In this document: piece by piece, positions 12,974 to 25,425 of the stretch
How positions within the stretch are numbered: position 1 is the stretch's first letter
Layout of the letters: every line of letters begins with the position of its first letter
Source: Prorocentrum cordatum
Taxonomy: Eukaryota
Direction of reading: 5' to 3'
DNA: 54,389 bases
Assembly: GCA_963575745.1 (NCBI GenBank)
Contig: CAUYUJ010000246.1
Coordinates: 62,001-116,389 of the forward strand
The notes under the pieces: generated by a model
What the model saw: the letters and a program-made list of their open reading frames with translations, nothing else
Told to the model about the DNA's origin: nothing
Database searches by the model: none
Made by a program: the position numbers and the translations under genes

Positions 12974-15883
12974 GTGGAGAGTATCTTTAAGAAGTGGTAC
13001 AGTACTTGTCTCTCGATCATGCTTGAACCATATTGTCTCCAGGCTGGCACTCATGCATCGTTATTCGGTTTCGTTCCCAAAAGATCATGCACCGAGATAT
13101 TTGCAGGACTTAAGGCAGCAGCACAACACGCCTCACAGTGGGGGAAGGATCGACGTCTGGTTCTGGGGTCAGCGGATGTGAAGCAAGCTTTCCAGAACAC
13201 GAAAATCTCGACGGTCAAACGTGCGTTCGACGTCCTCTCTATCCCTCCCTGGCTCCAGTACGGTGTGCTCGTGCCTATGCCGTGCGAGGTCACTTCGCTT
13301 CTCTTCCAGGGCTTGCAGCTGCCAGATGTGGGAATTGATACCCACATCAGGACAGGTGGGAACGACAGCCCCTCCTTGTGGAACCTGATAGTCGTTGCGA
13401 TGTGGGCTCCTTTATTTAAGCTTTGGGATGAGCAGGGGATTGGGTTTCATTGTCTGGATCCAAACTCGGTGGGAGAAGTTTCGGCCTCGGTTCCTGTACA
13501 CCACTTGCTATATGCCGACAACATCTTTATCTTGGGATCTTCGGAGGAGGAGTTTAGGCGACAGGTAGGAGACATGACAGAGACTCTGCGGGGATGGGGA
13601 TTCGAATGGAAGATCGAGTCGCTCGAGGTCGCGTTTATCGGTTTCTCGGAGAAGCCAAAACATCCTATCCTGGTTCGGGTTCAGGATCAGATGGTGCCGT
13701 TCAAAGTAGTTGATGAGATGAATGTCTTGGGGAACAGCATATACTGTAGCTATAGGGAGGCACACCAGGACCTTCGGCGGCGGATCGGGGCCGCGCGACG
13801 AGCCTTCCATGCGCATGCAGCTTATTTTAGATCAAAGGCAGTCCCGTTTTCGGCCAAGTGTAGGAGTTATATCACTCGGGTTCAGAGCATTCTCATTTAT
13901 GGAAGTCAAGGTATTAGTTGGGACAGGGACTCCTTGCAGAGCCTGAATGTCTTTGAGGGAAATTGTCTTTACCAGATGACGTCACCCCAAAAGCCAGCCT
14001 CCGAAAGTTGGGTTGTTTGGAAGCCAGCTCGACTCAGAATTGCTAGACGGATGTTCTTTGAAGCAAAGTGCCAGAGTGCAGTGCAGAGAGTTCTTTATTC
14101 CTTGTGGCAGCTTGGAGCTGACATAGCATCATATTTTGGAGCTAATGTCGACAGCGGATATCAGATTCCTGAGTCGGAGCTGAGCCCAGGAATGGTCGCG
14201 GGCTCTCTAGGTACCAATGGGATGGGGGAGGTCTCTTCAGTTACCAATGGGATGGGGGCTGTCTCTTCAGTTACTAGTGGGATGGGTGCAGTCTCTTCAG
14301 ATATGAATGGGATGGGTGTGGTCTCTTCTGATATGCATGGGATGGTCTCTCCAGTTACCAGTGGGATGGATGTGGTCTCTTCAGTTACTGGTGGGATGGT
14401 GGGAGTCTCTTCAGTTACCAGTGGGATGGGTGCTGTCTCTGATATGCATGGGATGGTCTCTCCAGTTACCAGTGGGATGGGTGTGGTCTCTTCAGTTACT
14501 AATGGGATGGTGGGAGTCTCTTCAGTTACCAGTGGGATGGGTGCTGTCTCTGCAGTTACTAATGGGATGGGCGCAGTCTCCTCAGATACGAATGGGATGG
14601 GCGCTGTCTCTTCAGATATGCATGGGATGGTCTCTTCTGCTATGCCCTCTGATAGGGCCTCTTCTTCTCGAGATGTTGAAGTTCCCTGTGAGCGGGGGGG
14701 GCCTAGGGATTCCCCCAGGTCCCCCCCGAAACGTCGGAGGGTGGCTGTTCCTGGACTTGGACAACAGACGGTGTATCCTCGTGCGCATCGTGACGCACGC
14801 CGGCTTCTGATGTGCTGTACCCCGAGGTGGGAGGAGAAAAGGACACTGGAGTCAAAATATTGGCGTTCACAGTGGAAGTGGAAGGAGGCCTCGAAACTGA
14901 CACGATTAGGCAGTACTAAGGGGCAGGCGACGGGTGAACATCCTTGGTGTTTCATGTTCCAGACGATATTTCCCTCGTTTGTGAATCTGGAGGATCGGTG
15001 GTGGAGGGCGTGCTCTTTCTCTTACTCTGACTTCGTTCAGTATTGCAGGCAGTTCCTGGAAGCTTGTACTTTGGGGTCTCTGTTTGACTTGTTTGTTGTC
15101 CGTGGAGGAACTGGAGGGAGAGGAGACTACATAAAGGAGAGGGGGGAGGAGATGTTGGCTCGTCCGTTGTCGGCGAAGGAGTCCGAGAAGCTGGCCCAGA
15201 GATTGGCCTCGAACAATGAACAGGAGCCGACTTGGGATCTGAGTGATGATGGGATCGGTCTCGAGCTGACGGGCGATTCGCTTCTTATCTGTAACTGGAT
15301 CAATGGTCTCTGGAAGGTTGAGGGAGGAGAAGGAGGAGATGGGGCTTCTTATCGTAGGCGGGTGGCAAATATTATTTCTCTTTTGGAAGAGTTGGAGGAG
15401 GAAGGAATACGACCCCCCTCATGGGGCAACGACTTCATTCGACACATATATCGAGAGAGTAACACAGTAGCTGATGAACTTACCCACTTAGCACGGGAAG
15501 GCCAGATATTCAGAGAGCTGTTCCACCACCATATCTTTCGTTCTGATGTCCGAGACAACTTTCGAGTTATTGGCCTCCGCGGATCCTTCGACGGCGGAGT
15601 GTGTGCCCAAGGTGTGGGCGTTGGCTGGTTTCTGCAGATTGGATATATTCCTCGATTCCATGACCCTTACCCTGACCCTGAGCATAGAGATAAGAGAGCT
15701 CGTGTAGTCTCCCTCTTCCCCCAAGCCTCCTCTCCTTGTCCAATCATATGGGAAATAGTAGGGCGTTGTGCACAGGCACTCCCCTCCCATAGCAGTATCA
15801 CTGACGCTGAGCTTTCGGGTCTCGAGGGCCTCTTGCGGGCCGCAGTCCAGGTGGCCCAAGACCTCCAGCTGCAGAGAGACTAG
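12974..15883 (+). CDS. LINE ORF2, partial: reverse transcriptase plus circularly permuted RNase H
   Basis: Uninterrupted 969-codon frame. RT motifs FGFVPKRS, ADVKQAF, IRTGGNDSPSLWN, LYADN, VLG. RNase H motifs GDSLLI, RESNTVADEL, FDGG..GVGW, DAELSGL. Confidence 0.9.
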   Translation: MESIFKKWYSTCLSIMLEPYCLQAGTHASLFGFVPKRSCTEIFAGLKAAAQHASQWGKDRRLVLGSADVKQAFQNTKISTVKRAFDVLSIPPWLQYGVLVPMPCEVTSLLFQGLQLPDVGIDTHIRTGGNDSPSLWNLIVVAMWAPLFKLWDEQGIGFHCLDPNSVGEVSASVPVHHLLYADNIFILGSSEEEFRRQVGDMTETLRGWGFEWKIESLEVAFIGFSEKPKHPILVRVQDQMVPFKVVDEMNVLGNSIYCSYREAHQDLRRRIGAARRAFHAHAAYFRSKAVPFSAKCRSYITRVQSILIYGSQGISWDRDSLQSLNVFEGNCLYQMTSPQKPASESWVVWKPARLRIARRMFFEAKCQSAVQRVLYSLWQLGADIASYFGANVDSGYQIPESELSPGMVAGSLGTNGMGEVSSVTNGMGAVSSVTSGMGAVSSDMNGMGVVSSDMHGMVSPVTSGMDVVSSVTGGMVGVSSVTSGMGAVSDMHGMVSPVTSGMGVVSSVTNGMVGVSSVTSGMGAVSAVTNGMGAVSSDTNGMGAVSSDMHGMVSSAMPSDRASSSRDVEVPCERGGPRDSPRSPPKRRRVAVPGLGQQTVYPRAHRDARRLLMCCTPRWEEKRTLESKYWRSQWKWKEASKLTRLGSTKGQATGEHPWCFMFQTIFPSFVNLEDRWWRACSFSYSDFVQYCRQFLEACTLGSLFDLFVVRGGTGGRGDYIKERGEEMLARPLSAKESEKLAQRLASNNEQEPTWDLSDDGIGLELTGDSLLICNWINGLWKVEGGEGGDGASYRRRVANIISLLEELEEEGIRPPSWGNDFIRHIYRESNTVADELTHLAREGQIFRELFHHHIFRSDVRDNFRVIGLRGSFDGGVCAQGVGVGWFLQIGYIPRFHDPYPDPEHRDKRARVVSLFPQASSPCPIIWEIVGRCAQALPSHSSITDAELSGLEGLLRAAVQVAQDLQLQRD
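14215..14640 (+). repeat. In-frame ~30-bp minisatellite encoding (VSSVTSGMGA)n inside LINE ORF2
   Basis: Repeating TCTCTTCAGTTACCAGTGGGATGGGTGCTG variants; the reading frame is kept throughout. Confidence 0.9.
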
Positions 15884-16103
15884 GTAGGCACTTAACGGGC
15901 GCTGGGGCGCTCGGTGCCTGGTCAGCCTCCCCCCCCAAAAAAAAAAAGAAAGGTTGACGGTTTACCGCCGGCGCCCAGTCTGGAGACATTTCTCAAGAAT
16001 TAAGAATTCATGTTTTTCGTGTCCACATAAAGTTGGTTCCGCCAAGTGCTTTGATAGTAAAAGTGCGCCTACAGAACACATATTAAGAAGCAGAGACCCT
16101 CAT

Positions 16104-16456
16104 ACCTCGTAGAGCTCCTCGGCATCGATGAGCTAGAGGAATTCCGGCGCGGGGTATAGCTAGTTGGCCCACCCGGCCAGAAAGGACAAAGTGGTAACTT
16201 TTGGGTGGTTTTGCGATTTTTTGAAAGATATTTGACAATTCATTTTGAGAAAGCAGATTTTTCGCACCTGTAAACGACTATGAGGGCCTCTCTGTCTGAG
16301 TATGAGCTCTGCAGGCGCACTTTTACTATCAAAACACTTGGAGGAAGAAATGCTCCCAGAAGCTCTCTCTTTCGACTCCGAGCACTCTTGCGCGTGAGAT
16401 GAGCTCTACGAGGTTCCCGGCGGTGGCCAGGTTGACGGTTCACCGCCGGCGCCAGT
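16104..16456 (+). mobile_element. Family B element, intact (~350 bp)
   Basis: ACCTCGTAGAGCTC left end. Right end is GAGCTCTACGAGGT, hairpin, GCCAGT. Confidence 0.85.
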
Positions 16457-19400
16457 TTGACAATTCGTTTGAGCTCTAGTATTTTTTCCCGTGATATTCG
16501 ATCTTATTCCCGCTCGCCATCATGATCTCAGCTCGATCGGGTAAATATTACTATCGAAAAGCACTGTGGCGGGATCGGCCGTTTCGAGTCATCTTGATAC
16601 GCGCCGACGGTTTTCTGAACATAACTCGAGCTTCAGGAGAGCTACAGAGCTGGTAAGCAGAGCTAATCGATGTAGAATGATTAGGCGCGTTCGCCTTTTG
16701 AATCCAGAGGTCTGAACTCGGTCTGTTAGCCGAGCTAGGTCCGCAAACCTATTCGTATTATTCGAGTCATCTTGACAGAAACTCTCGGTTTTCTGTACTT
16801 AACTCGAGCTCTAGGACAGCTACAGAGCTTATATTTACAGGAATCGATTCAGAATCATTATTTGCGTTTGTCTGTCGAATCCAGAGCTCTGATCTCGGTC
16901 TTCTGCCCGATCTAGAATCGCGAAATTATTCGTATTGGTCGAGTGATCTTGAGAAGTGCTTTCGGTTTTCTTCATTGAACTCGCGCTGAGGGGGACAACA
17001 GTGCTTGTTGTCACAGGATCGATTTGGAGACATCAGGCGCGTCTGCCTGTCGCATTCAGAGCTCGGAACTCGGTCTGCTGCCCGAACTCGGTCTGCGAAA
17101 CTACTGTATTGTTCGAGTCATCCTGAGAGGTGCTGTCGGTTTCCTGCACTTAACTCGGGCTGTAGGGGGGCTGCAGGGCTTGTAATGACAGGAGTCGATT
17201 CGCAGACATCAGACTCTAATAATTAGATTATTAGTGTGACAGAGATTAATAGAACTTCTATAATATACAATGAGTCAGAATGTTGGTAGGTGCTGTCGGT
17301 TTTCTCAACTTAAGTCGAGCTAGGAAGCTCTACGAGTCTCCCGGCGGTAACCAAGGTTGACGGTTCACCGCCGGCGTCCAGTTCCGGGGCGCTGGAGAGC
17401 TAGTTGGCAAGAAAAATCTCGACGGACCTTTTGCTGAGTTTTGGTTGGTTGAAAATTTTGTTCTCGAAATTCAACAATTCGTTTGAGCTCTAGTATTTTT
17501 TTCCGTGATATTCGATCTTATCTCCGCTCGTCATCTCGATCTCAGCTCGATCGGGTACCTTTTACTGCCAAAAAGCACACGGGCGGGATCAGTCGTTTCG
17601 AGTCATCTTGTCACGCGGTGTCGGTTTTCTCAAGATAACTCGAGCTTCAGGACAGCTATAGAGCTGGTAAGCACAGCTAATCGATTCAGAATGATCAGGC
17701 GCGTTCGCCTGTTGAAGCTAGAGGTCTGAAGTCGGTCTGCTAGCCGAGCTAGGTGCGCAAACCTGTTCGTATTATTCGAATCAGCTTGACAGGCGCTCTT
17801 GGTTTTCTGTATGTAACTCGAGCTACAGGACAGCTAAAGAGCTGATGCGTACAGAATCCGATTCAGATTCATCAGTGGCCGTTGTCTGTTGACTCCAGTC
17901 TCTGAACTCGGTCTGCTGCCCGATCTAGAATCGGGAAACTATTCGTATTGTTCGATTTGCTTGCGAGATGCTGTCGGTTCTCTGCACTTAACTCGGGCTG
18001 TAGGGTGGCTGCATGGCTGGGAATCACTGGAATCGATTCGGAGACATCAGGCGCGTTCGCCTGCGGATTCCAGAGCTCCGAACTCGGTCTGTTGCTCGAA
18101 CTAGGTCCGCAAACCTATTCGTATTGTTCGAGTCATCCTGAGAGGTGCTGTCGGTTTCCTGCACTTAACTCTTCTGCAGGGGGGGCTGCAGGGCTGGTAA
18201 TCACGGGGATCGATTCAGAGACATCAGACGCGTCCGCCTGTGTCATGCAGAGGTCTGAACTCGGTCTGATACTCGAAGTAGGTTTGCCAAACTATTCGTA
18301 TTGTTCGAGTCACCTTGAGAGGTGCTGTCGATTTACGCACGTAACTCGGGCTGTAGGAGAGCTACAGAGCTCGTACAGAAGACAATCTAGAAGCATCGGG
18401 GGCGTTCGGCTGTTGCACCCGAGAGGTCTCAAATCGCCTGGGCTGAAAAACTATTTTTTCTCTGTAATTTCTTTCGACATTATGTGTCGTCAGGAAGCTC
18501 TACGAGTCCCCCGGCGGTAAGAAAGGTTGACGGTTTACCGCCGGCGCCCAGTTTGAGTCATCTTGAGAGGTGCTGTCGGTTTTCTGTACTGAACTCGTGT
18601 TGTGGCGTGGCTACAGTGCTGGTAGTCACAGGAATCGATTTGGAGACATCAGGCGCGTCCTCCTGTCGAATAGACTCGGTCTGCTGCCCGAACAAGGTCC
18701 GCGAAGCTATTCGTAGTTCGAGTCATCCTGAGATGCTGTCGGTTTTCTGCACTTAATCTGGGCTGTAGTGGGGCTGTGGTAATTACAGGAATCGGTTCGG
18801 AGACATCAGACGCGTCCGCCTGTCGCATTCAGGGCTGAACCTGGTCTGATACTCGAGCTAGGTTTGCTAGACTATTCGTATTGTTCGAGTCATCTTCAGG
18901 TTTGCTGTCGAAGCTACAGAGCTCGTACAGAAGACAATCCAGAAGCATCGGGGGCGTTCGGCTGTTGCATCGAGAGTTTTCAAATCGCTTGGGCTGAAAA
19001 ACTAGTCGTTCTCTGTATTTTTTTCGACATTATATATTGTCAGGAAGCTTTACGAGTCCCCCGGCGGTAAGAAAGGTTGACGGTTTACCGCCGGCGCCCC
19101 AGATCCGGGGCGCTGGAGAGCTAGTTGGCAAGAAAAATCTCGACGGACATTTTGAGGAATTTTGGTCGGTTGAAAATTTTGTTCTTGAAATTCAATCATT
19201 CGTTAGAGCTCTAGTATTTTTTCCCGTGATATTCGATCTTATTCCCGCTCGCTATCTTATCTTGATCTCATCTCAATCGGGTACCTTTTACTGCCACAAA
19301 GCACTGTGGCGGGATCGGCCGTTTCGAGTCATCTGGATTCGCGCTGTCGGTATACTGAACTTAACTTGAGATATAGGACAGCTACAGAGCTGGTCAGCAC

Positions 19401-22400
19401 ACTTCATCGATTCAGAATGATCAGGCGCGTTCGGCTGTTCCAACCAGAGGTCTGCACTCGGTCTGCTAGCCGAGCTAGGTCCGCAAACCTATTCGTATTA
19501 TTCGAGTGGTCTTGACAGGCGCTCTCGGTTTTCTGCACTTAACTCGGGCTGTAGGGGGGCTACAGTGCTGGTGGTGACAGCAATCGATTTGAAGAGATCA
19601 GACGCGTCCGCCTGTCGAATTCAGAGCTCGGAACTCGGTCTGCTGCCCGAGGTAGGCGAAACTATTCGTATTGTTCGAGTCATCCTGAAAGATGCTGTGG
19701 GCTTTCTGCACTTAACTCGGGCTGTTGGAGGGCTGCAGGGCGGGTAATCAGAGGGATCGATTCGGAGACATCAGACGTGTCCGCCTGTCGTATTCAGAGG
19801 TCTGAACTCGGTCTGATACTCGAGCTGGGTTTTCCAAACTATTCGTTTTGTTCGAGTCATCTTAAGAGGTGCTGTGGATTCACGCACGTAGCTCGGGCTG
19901 TAGGAGAGCTACAGAGCTCGTACAGAAGACCGTCCAGAAGCATCGGGGGGCGTTCGGCTGTTGCATCGAGAGGTCTGTTTCGGCTGAAAAACTATTCGTT
20001 CTCTGCAATTTTCTTCGACATTATATATTGTCAGGAAGCTCAACGAGTCCCCCGGCGGTAAGAAAGGTTGACGGTTTACCGCCGGCGTCCAGTTGGCAAG
20101 AGAAATCTCGACGGACATTTTGAGGAATTTTGGTCGGTTGAAAATTTTGTTTTCGAAATTCAACCATTCGTTAGAGCTCTAGTATTTTTTCCTGTGATAT
20201 TCGATCTTATTCCCGCTCGCCATCTTGATCTCAGCTCGATCGGGTATCTTTTACCGCCAAAAAGCACTGCGGCGGGATCGGCCGTTTCGAGTCATCTTGA
20301 TTCGCGCTGTCGGTATACTGAAGTTAACTCGAGATATAGGACAGCTACAGAGCTGATAAGAACAGCTTATCGATTCAGAATGATCAGGCGCGGTTGGCTG
20401 TCCCAACCAGAGGTCTAGCCGAGTTAGGTCCGCAAACCTATTCGTATTATTCGAGTCATCTTGACAGGCGCTCTCGGTTTTTTGTATTTAACTCGAGCTA
20501 TAGGACAGCTACAGGGCTGATGAACTCGGTCTGCTGCCCGATCCAGAATCGCGAAACTGTTCGTACTGCTCGAGTCATCTTGAGAGGTGCTGTCGGTTTT
20601 CTGCACTTAACTCGCGCTGTAGGGGGGCTACAGTGCTGGTGGTGACAGCAATCGATTTGGAGACATCAGGCGCGTCCGCCTATCGAATCGAGAGCTCGGA
20701 ACTCGGTCTGCTGCCCGAACTCGGTCTGCGAAACTGTTCGTATCGTTCGAGTCATCCTGAAAGATGCTGTCGGCTTTCTGCACTCAACTCGGGCTGTAGG
20801 GGGGCTGCAGGGCGGGTAATCACAGGAATAGATTCGGAGACATCAGACGCGTCCGCCTGTCGCATTCAGAGGTCTGAACTCGGTCTGATACTCGAGTTGG
20901 GTTTGCCAAACTATTCGTTTCGTTCGAGTCATCTTAAGAGGTGCTGTCGATTGACGCACGTAACTCGGGCTGTAGGAGAGCTACAGAGCTCGTGCAGAAG
21001 ACAATCCAGAAGCATCGGGGGGCGTTCGGCTGTTGCATCGAAAGGTCTGAAATCGCTTGGGCTGAAAAACTATTCGTTCTCTGCAATTTTCTTCGACATT
21101 ATATGTTGTCAGGAAGCTCTGCGAGTCCCCGGCGGTAACAAAGGTTGACGGTTTACCGCCGGCGCCCAGTTGGCCGACCCGACCTTAAGAGACAAAGTGG
21201 TGACTTTGGGTCGGTTTTGCTAAGATGTGAAAGATATTTGACAATTCATTTTGAGAAACCAGATTTTTCTCACGTGTAGTGGGTTATGCCGCGTCTGCCA
21301 GTCAAATTATCAGGTCCGTAGCTGCAGTTTTACAATCGAAAGACTTGCAGGAGCCCCTTTTCGACGGAAACCGAAAAATCGTGATTTTGATTTTTTTGAT
21401 TTACCGCTGGCGCCCATTTCGTGAGGAAAACCAATGTTTTTCTCACGAGTAGTCGCTTATTCCGCGTTTTCCTGCCATATTCTCAGGAATATTACTATGA
21501 ATAGACGTAAGGCAGCCAACTTCTGAATAAAACATACTTCACTTGCGAATTTTCAAGCTAATGCTGAAGAAACCTTTCCCCTTTCGTTGCGAGCGGCGCC
21601 AGATGCTATCAAAAAGACATAGGAGAAGCGATTTTGTAAAAATCCCAGGAAAGATATTCTGCCACATGTCGAGCTGATACTAGGATTTCTGTTCGAAATC
21701 TAGTGCAAATTCCTGGAGAGCTCTGAGAGCCAGAGGGTTTCAGATTAGAACGAGGTAGAGGAATTCCGGTGCGGGATGCAGCTAGTTAACCCCGCTGGCC
21801 CAGGCACACTGTGTGATACTTGGGTCGGTTTTTCAGAGATTGTCAGAGATTTTTGAATTAACTTGTAGAGCTTCCCTCAGCAAGTTCTTGCTGGAAGCTT
21901 AACAGTAATTCCGGGGCGCTGGAGAGCTAGTTAGTCAGAAAAATCTCGACGGACCTTTTGCTGACTTTTGGTCGGTTCAATTTTTTCTCGAAGTTCCTCA
22001 ATTCGTTTTAGCTCTAGTATTTCTTTCATGTGATATTCGATCTTATTCTTGCTCGCCATCTTGATCTCAGCTCGATCTTGATCTCATCTCTTGAAACGGC
22101 CGATCCCGCGGTGGGATCGGCCGTTTCGAGTCTTCTTGATACGCGCTCTCGGTACATTGGACCTAACTCGAGATACAGGACAGCTATAGAGCTGGTATGC
22201 ACATCTCATCGATTGAGAATGATCAGGCGCGTTTGCCTGTTGCATCCAGAGGTGTGAACTCGGTATGCTAGCCGGGCTAGGTCCGCAAACGTATTCGTAT
22301 TATTCGAGTGATCTTGACAGGCGCTCTCGGTTTTCTGTTCTTAACTCGAGCTATATAACAGCTACAGAGCGGATACTTACAGGAACTCATTCAGAATCAT

Positions 22401-23418
22401 CAGTTGCGTTCGTCTGTTTGGATCCAGAGCTCTCAACTCGGTCTGCTGCCCGATCCAGAATCGCGAAACTATTCGTCTTGTTCGAGTCATCTTGAAAGAT
22501 AAAGTCGGTTTTCTGTACTTAATTCGAGCTGTAGGGGAGCTACAGTGCTGGTAGTCACAGCAATCGATTTGGAGACATCAGGCGCATCCGCCTGTCGAAT
22601 CCAGAGCTCGGAACTCGGTCTGCTGCCCGAACTAGGTCCGCGAAACTATTTCTATTGTTCCAGTCATCTTGAGAGGTGCTGTTGGTTTTCTGCACTTAAC
22701 TGGGGCTGTAGGGGGGCTGCAGGGCTGGTAATTCGGAGACATCAGACGCGCCCGCCTGTCGCACTCAGAGGTCTGAACTCGGTCTGATACTGGAGCTAGG
22801 TTTGCCAAATTATTCGTATTCTTCGAGTCATCTTGAGAGGTGCTGTCGATTTACGCACGTAACTCGGGTTGTAGGAGAGCTACAGAGCTCGTACAGAAGA
22901 CCATCCAGAAGCATCGGGGGCGTTCGGCTGTTGCATCGAGAAGTCTGCAATCGCTTCGGCTGAAAAAATATTCCCTTTCTACAATTCTTTCTTCCACATT
23001 ATATATTGTCAGGAAGCTCTACGAGTCTCCCGGCGGTAAGAAAGGTCGACAGTTTGCCGCCGGCGCCCAGTCGTTTTTCCCAAGGAGCTCTCTGAGAGCC
23101 AGAGGGTTTAAGATTAGAAGCTGGGCGGTGGTGGTACCCGCCAGGATCTCCTCCGCGGCGCTCCAGAATCCCCGCAGCGGTTCGTTCGACCCGGCAGCTG
23201 GTCCGGGGGAGTTTCCGGCAAGCTTCCACGCGTTCAGGCACGCGTGCAGGCACGCATGGAAGCGTTTCTGGCACGGCGTCAGCAGCGCTGCGGGGGAGCT
23301 TCCCAGAGCTCTTACCTTGTAGAGCTCTTTAGCAAAGAGCTAAGAGGAATTCCGGCGCAGGGTAGAGCTAGTTGGCCGGCCCGACCAATGTGGTAACCTG
23401 GAGTCGGTTTTTTCTCTT

Positions 23419-25033
23419 ACCTCGTAGAGCTCTTCGGCATCGATGAGCTAGAGGAATTCCGGCGCGGGGTGGAGCTAGTAACTCGTAGAGCTTCCCTTAG
23501 CAAGTTCTCGCTGGAAGCTTAAGAGTAATTCCGGGCCGCTGGAGAGCTAGTTGGCAAGAAAATCTCGACGGACCTTTTGCTGACTTTTGGTCGGTTGAAA
23601 ATTTTGTTCTCGAGATTCAACAATTCGTTGGAGCTCTAGTATTTTTTCCCGTCATATTCGATCTTATCCCCGCTTGCCATCTTGATCTCAGCTCGATCGG
23701 GTAGCTTTCACTGCCAAAAAGCACACGGGCGGGATCAGCCATTTCGAGTCATCTTGATACGGGTTGTCGGTTTTCTTCAGATAACTCAAGCTTAAGGACA
23801 GCTACAGAGCTGGTAAGCACAGCTAATCGATGTATAATGATCAGACGCGTTCGTCTGTTGAACCCAGAGGTCTGAACTCGGTCTGCTAGCCGAGCTAGGT
23901 CCGCTAACCTATTCCTATTATTCGAGTCATCTTGACAGACGCTTTCGGTGTTCTGTACTTAACTCGAGCTACAAAGCTACAGAGCTGATGAGTACAGAAT
24001 CTGATCCAGAATCATCAGTGGCTGTTGTCTGTTGAATCCAGAGCTCTGAACTCGGTCTGCTGCCCGATCTAGAATCGCGAAACTATTCGTATTGTTCGAG
24101 TCATCTTGAGAGATGCTGTCGGTTCTCTGCACTTAACTCGGACTGTAGGGGGGCTGCATGGCTGGTAATCACTGGAATCGATTCGGAGACATCAGGCGCG
24201 TCCGCCTTTCGAATCCAGAGCTCCGAACCTGTCTGCTGCCCGGACTAGGTCCGCGAAACTATTCGTATTGTTCGAGTCATCCTGAGAGGTGCTGTCGGTT
24301 TCCTGCACTTAACTCGGCTGTAGGGGGGGCTGCAGGGCTGGTAATCACAGGAATCGATTCAGAGACATCAGACGCGTCCGCCTGTCGCATGCAGAGGTCT
24401 GAACTCGGTCTGATACTCAAGCTAGGTTTGCCAAACTATTCGTATTGTTCGAGTCATCTTGAGAGGTGCTGTCGATTTACGCGCGTAACTCGGGCTGTAG
24501 GAGAGCTACAGAGCTCGTACAGAAGACAATCCAGAAGCATCGGGGGCGTTCGGCTGTTGCATCCGAGAGGTCTGAAATTGCTTGGGCTGAACATTTTTTT
24601 TTCTGTGTATTTTTTTTCGACATTATATGTTGTCAGGAAGCTCTACGAGTCCCCGGCGGTAACAAAGGTTGACGGTTTACCGCCGGCGCCCAGTTGGCCG
24701 ACCCAGCCTTAAGAGACAAAGTGGTGACTTTGGGTCGGTTTTGCTAAGATGTGAAAGATATTTGACAATTCATTTTGAGAAACCAGATTTTTCTCACGTG
24801 TAGTGGGTTATGCCGCGTCTGCCAGTCAAATTATCAGGTCCGTAGCTGCAGTTTTACTATCGAAAGACTTGCAGGAGCCCCTTTTCGCTGGAAACCGAAA
24901 AATCGTGATTTTGAATTTGTCGGCTCTTGCTTTAGAAGCTTCCTTCATGTGTTCCGAGGGGCGCTGTGCAACAAAAGAGCTCTACGAGGTGCCCGGCGGT
25001 AACCTGGTTGACGGTTTACCGCCGGTTCCCAGT
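23419..25033 (+). mobile_element. Family B element split by a family A copy (23480-24694)
   Basis: GGAGCTAGT (23479) resumes as TGGCCGACCC (24695). Both sets of termini are present. Confidence 0.8.
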
Positions 25034-25425
25034 TATGCAAAATTTTGAAGTTCGTTTTCAGAAGTGGGATTTTCATTCCCTGTAGTTTGCTATGACGCAC
25101 TTGCTGGTTAAATTCTTATGTCTCTAGGTGGAGTATTACTATCGAAACACTTGGAGGAACCGACTTTGTATCAACATTAAAAAATGTGTTTGTCTGCGTA
25201 AGAGCAGACAAGCAAGAGAGGAAGAAGAGTCGATTATGCAGCGTGTGTCAGTCAAATTCTCAGATCCGTAGGTTATCACACTTGAAGGAACTGATTCGAT
25301 GGAAACTGAAAAATCGTTTTTTCTCGATTTTTCTGGCTCTCGCTTCAGAATCTTCCTTCATGTGTTCCGAGGAGCGCTGTGCAAGAAAAGAGCTCTACGA
25401 GGACGGTCTACCGCCGGTTCCCAGT

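Larger units (their letters stand above)
12942..15947 (+). mobile_element. 5'-truncated non-LTR retrotransposon (LINE) inserted in a family A 3' hairpin
   Basis: Begins inside the RT domain right after GAAGCTCTACGAGTCCCCCGG. Ends in poly(A) at 15937-15947, joined to GAAAGGTTGACGGTTTACCGCCGG. Confidence 0.9.
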
